DNA of 62,197 nucleotides, counting the filler, from Jimgerdemannia flammicorona (taxonomy: Eukaryota): assembly GCA_003990765.1 (NCBI GenBank). It is 3 parts of 3 records of this genome, joined end to end, with 100 filler letters (N's around TTAATTAATTAA, not from the genome) between each part and the next. Parts side by side here need not be neighbours in the genome. Positions count along the whole stretch, not along the records: positions 41,534 to 62,197 come from RBNJ01001623.1; 2 more parts are not named here. One strand, 5' to 3'. Below, piece by piece: positions 60,069-62,197 of this stretch. The notes beneath the pieces are model-generated. The model was not told the DNA's origin, made no database searches, and worked only from the letters and a program-made list of their open reading frames with translations. Every line of letters starts with the position of its first letter. Position 1 is the stretch's first letter. Both the position numbers and the translations under genes were made by a program.

Positions 60069-62197
60069 CATCTTTCTCCAGTAACATTCAGGTTATACAA
60101 CCTTCTAGCAATACTTACAATATAGTTTTTGGAGAAAAGATACTAGTATCATAGTGACCAATGAGTATTCCAAGATGTATACTGGGCAGGATGGCCCTGG
60201 TACATTGACTGACAGTATATGAGAAGGGGCCCCAGCTTGGGGGGAAGCATGAGGGACCTGCTGGCAGGAGGATGTGGTAGGGGAGGGGGCAGTGCTGGAG
60301 GCCAGGGACAGAGGGAGAAAGCTTTGCAGATAAGGTGAAGGGGGGTCAGCAGAGAGCTAGACTGGAGGGTTGGCTTAGAAGAGGCAAGAAGACAGAAAAG
60401 ACTGCTAGGTAGGGGCCTCAAGAGAGAGTCCCTCTGAGGGGCCAGAGTGGTGGGGCTAGTGGTGTAGCAGCTGAGTGAATGACTGCTAATGGGAGTATAA
60501 TAAGCAATCTGGAAAAAAATCTAAATAGGACTGCTGATGGTGGACTGAGCTATGGGAAAGGCATGAGACCTAGTGACCCAGCTGATGGTATAATGGGCTT
60601 AGCAGTGGTGCCATTACTCAAGAAGTTGATCTCAGAGTTTGCAGTTACATTATACTTCTAGGGCTTAGTAGTGACAGTGAAAATGGCCTTGGGGCTGATT
60701 GCAAAGCAGATGGATGGAGCAGTATCAGTGAAGTTCCTGAGGGGCTTGGAAGGAGTGGAGGTGGGCTTTGATGAGACTGAGTCTTTGGAAGCTGCACTAA
60801 AGACAGGGTTGACTTTTGGAGAGATGTGTGTTCTGATGGCATAATACTTGAGGTGAGACCCCAGGGTGGTGTAACTTCTGGTAAAAGGAGTGCCCACAGT
60901 AATGGCTATAGAGATGAGGAGAAGAGTGGTTGAGGTTATGGCAGAGTATGGAGAGGTGGTTGATATTGGCTGTCAAGTCTGGGAAGAGACCTCATTCAGG
61001 ATAGGGAATATTGATATTTGACTTTAGCTGGTAGAGAGGAAGGCTACTAGGAAGACTTGTGATTGGCCATCAGTGATGGTGTGGGGGTCCTTTATGTGCA
61101 AGGTGATGAGGGTAAAGGAGAGTGAGGAGGAGGAGGAGAATTTGTTGGAGATATTGGAGGAGATGAGTGGAGTGATAGAGCAGAGGGAAAAGGCTTGAAA
61201 GGAGTTTGTAGAGTCAACACATTTGGAGATTGTGGATGGGAAGCATGTCTGCATTAACAAGAGACTAATGGAGAGGTCTCAAGGACACAAGAGGCAGAGA
61301 GAGTTGTTGGTGGGCCTGGATGAAAGGGCAAAGAAGGATGCTGGTAGCATTGAGGAGTCTGGGGGTGCAAAAGCAAGTGCCTGGAAGAGTATAGGTAGAG
61401 GGGATGTAGAGAAGGGTCTGGATGAGGCTGAGAAGGTGTTGAGCAGTGATCAATATGAGGATGGTACATTTGAAGTCTGGGAGGATACTCTCTTTCTTAT
61501 CAGATGGAGTCCTGCTGCTATAAGGGACTGGATGGTAGAGGATATATCTATATATAGTGCCCAGCAAGTGTACATTGGAGTTCCTGAGATAACAAAAGGG
61601 GGACAAGTGGTAGTAGTTGTGAGAATGAACTGGTGGATGTCCTGGGGGTGGAGTGGGATGAGACTGCAAGTATAGGGGCAGATATCTCAATGCTGAGTAC
61701 AGGTAGGCCAGCGACACCATGGGGGAAGGAAGTGGGAAACCTACTCTGGGTGTGCAGAATGATGAACAACTTTATGGCTGAAGAGTTGGGTGAAGTAGAC
61801 CTGAGAGAATGAGTGATGAGCAATGGGCACAGATCCTGCATAGTGATGGAGTGGTAGAGGTACTGAAGGCAGAGGTGCTTGTGATTTTCCTAGAGAAGGA
61901 AGGGTATGAGGTTGATAAGGAAAGGGAGGCCAAACTGGTGATTGGTGTTGGTGAGAGGGCAGCCTTCTGTTGGGCAGAGCATTATGAATTACAGCTCTGG
62001 CAGGAGGCCTGCCTAGAGTATTGTAAGAAATTTGAGGAAAAGGAGGATAGAGAGATGGCTGAACTTCTGGTTGGATTGGAGACAAAGAAGGCCAAAGAGG
62101 AGGGATTGGCTGTGGAACACAACTTGGACTTAGCATAGAAGGAGATGAATGTGGATTTGTAGAGGATGTGTATAATGCTTAACATTATTCTTTTTTT
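60069..62197 (+). mobile_element. Further LINE copy: 5' end and degenerate ORF1, truncated by contig end
   Basis: Starts CATCTTTCTCCAGTAACATTCAGG; colinear with 19353-20667 and 54420-56140. Confidence 0.88.

Overview
Eukaryotic (fungal) genomic DNA. Intron-rich genes, a metazoan-like LAMTOR3 and a WIP-type kinase suggest an early-diverging lineage such as Mucoromycota/Endogonales; this is inference. The window is three separate contigs (1-20667, 20768-41433, 41534-62197; 20667, 20666 and 20664 bp) joined by artificial N44-TTAATTAATTAA-N44 spacers, so adjacency across spacers is meaningless. Contig 1 is a nest of retroelements: copia, two dUTPase-bearing Ty3/gypsy elements, a second copia and an L1/Tx1-like LINE. 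Contig 2 has a CpG-rich gene island (LAMTOR3, ENP2/NOL10, GPN3, a kinase pseudogene, a FYRN/FYRC protein, LAMTOR1). A TE nest follows, containing an endonuclease-less Penelope-like element and a young 2.06-kb LTR with an intact 365-aa ORF inside it. Contig 3 has degenerate repeat arrays, an APH-like kinase remnant, stacked LINEs, a 5.7-kb hAT element with a second ORF, and a MITE. Main highlights: (i) a homologous unknown accessory protein carried by three or four different LTR retrotransposons, twice inside the LTR; (ii) an EN-minus Penelope-like element inserted at a non-telomeric site, whose pseudo-LTR holds an inverted-repeat-closed GNA-hairpin domain; (iii) strong one-directional C>T/G>A (RIP-like) erosion of repeats; (iv) linkage of two Ragulator subunit genes. 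All calls come from manual reading and translation; no database searches were run.
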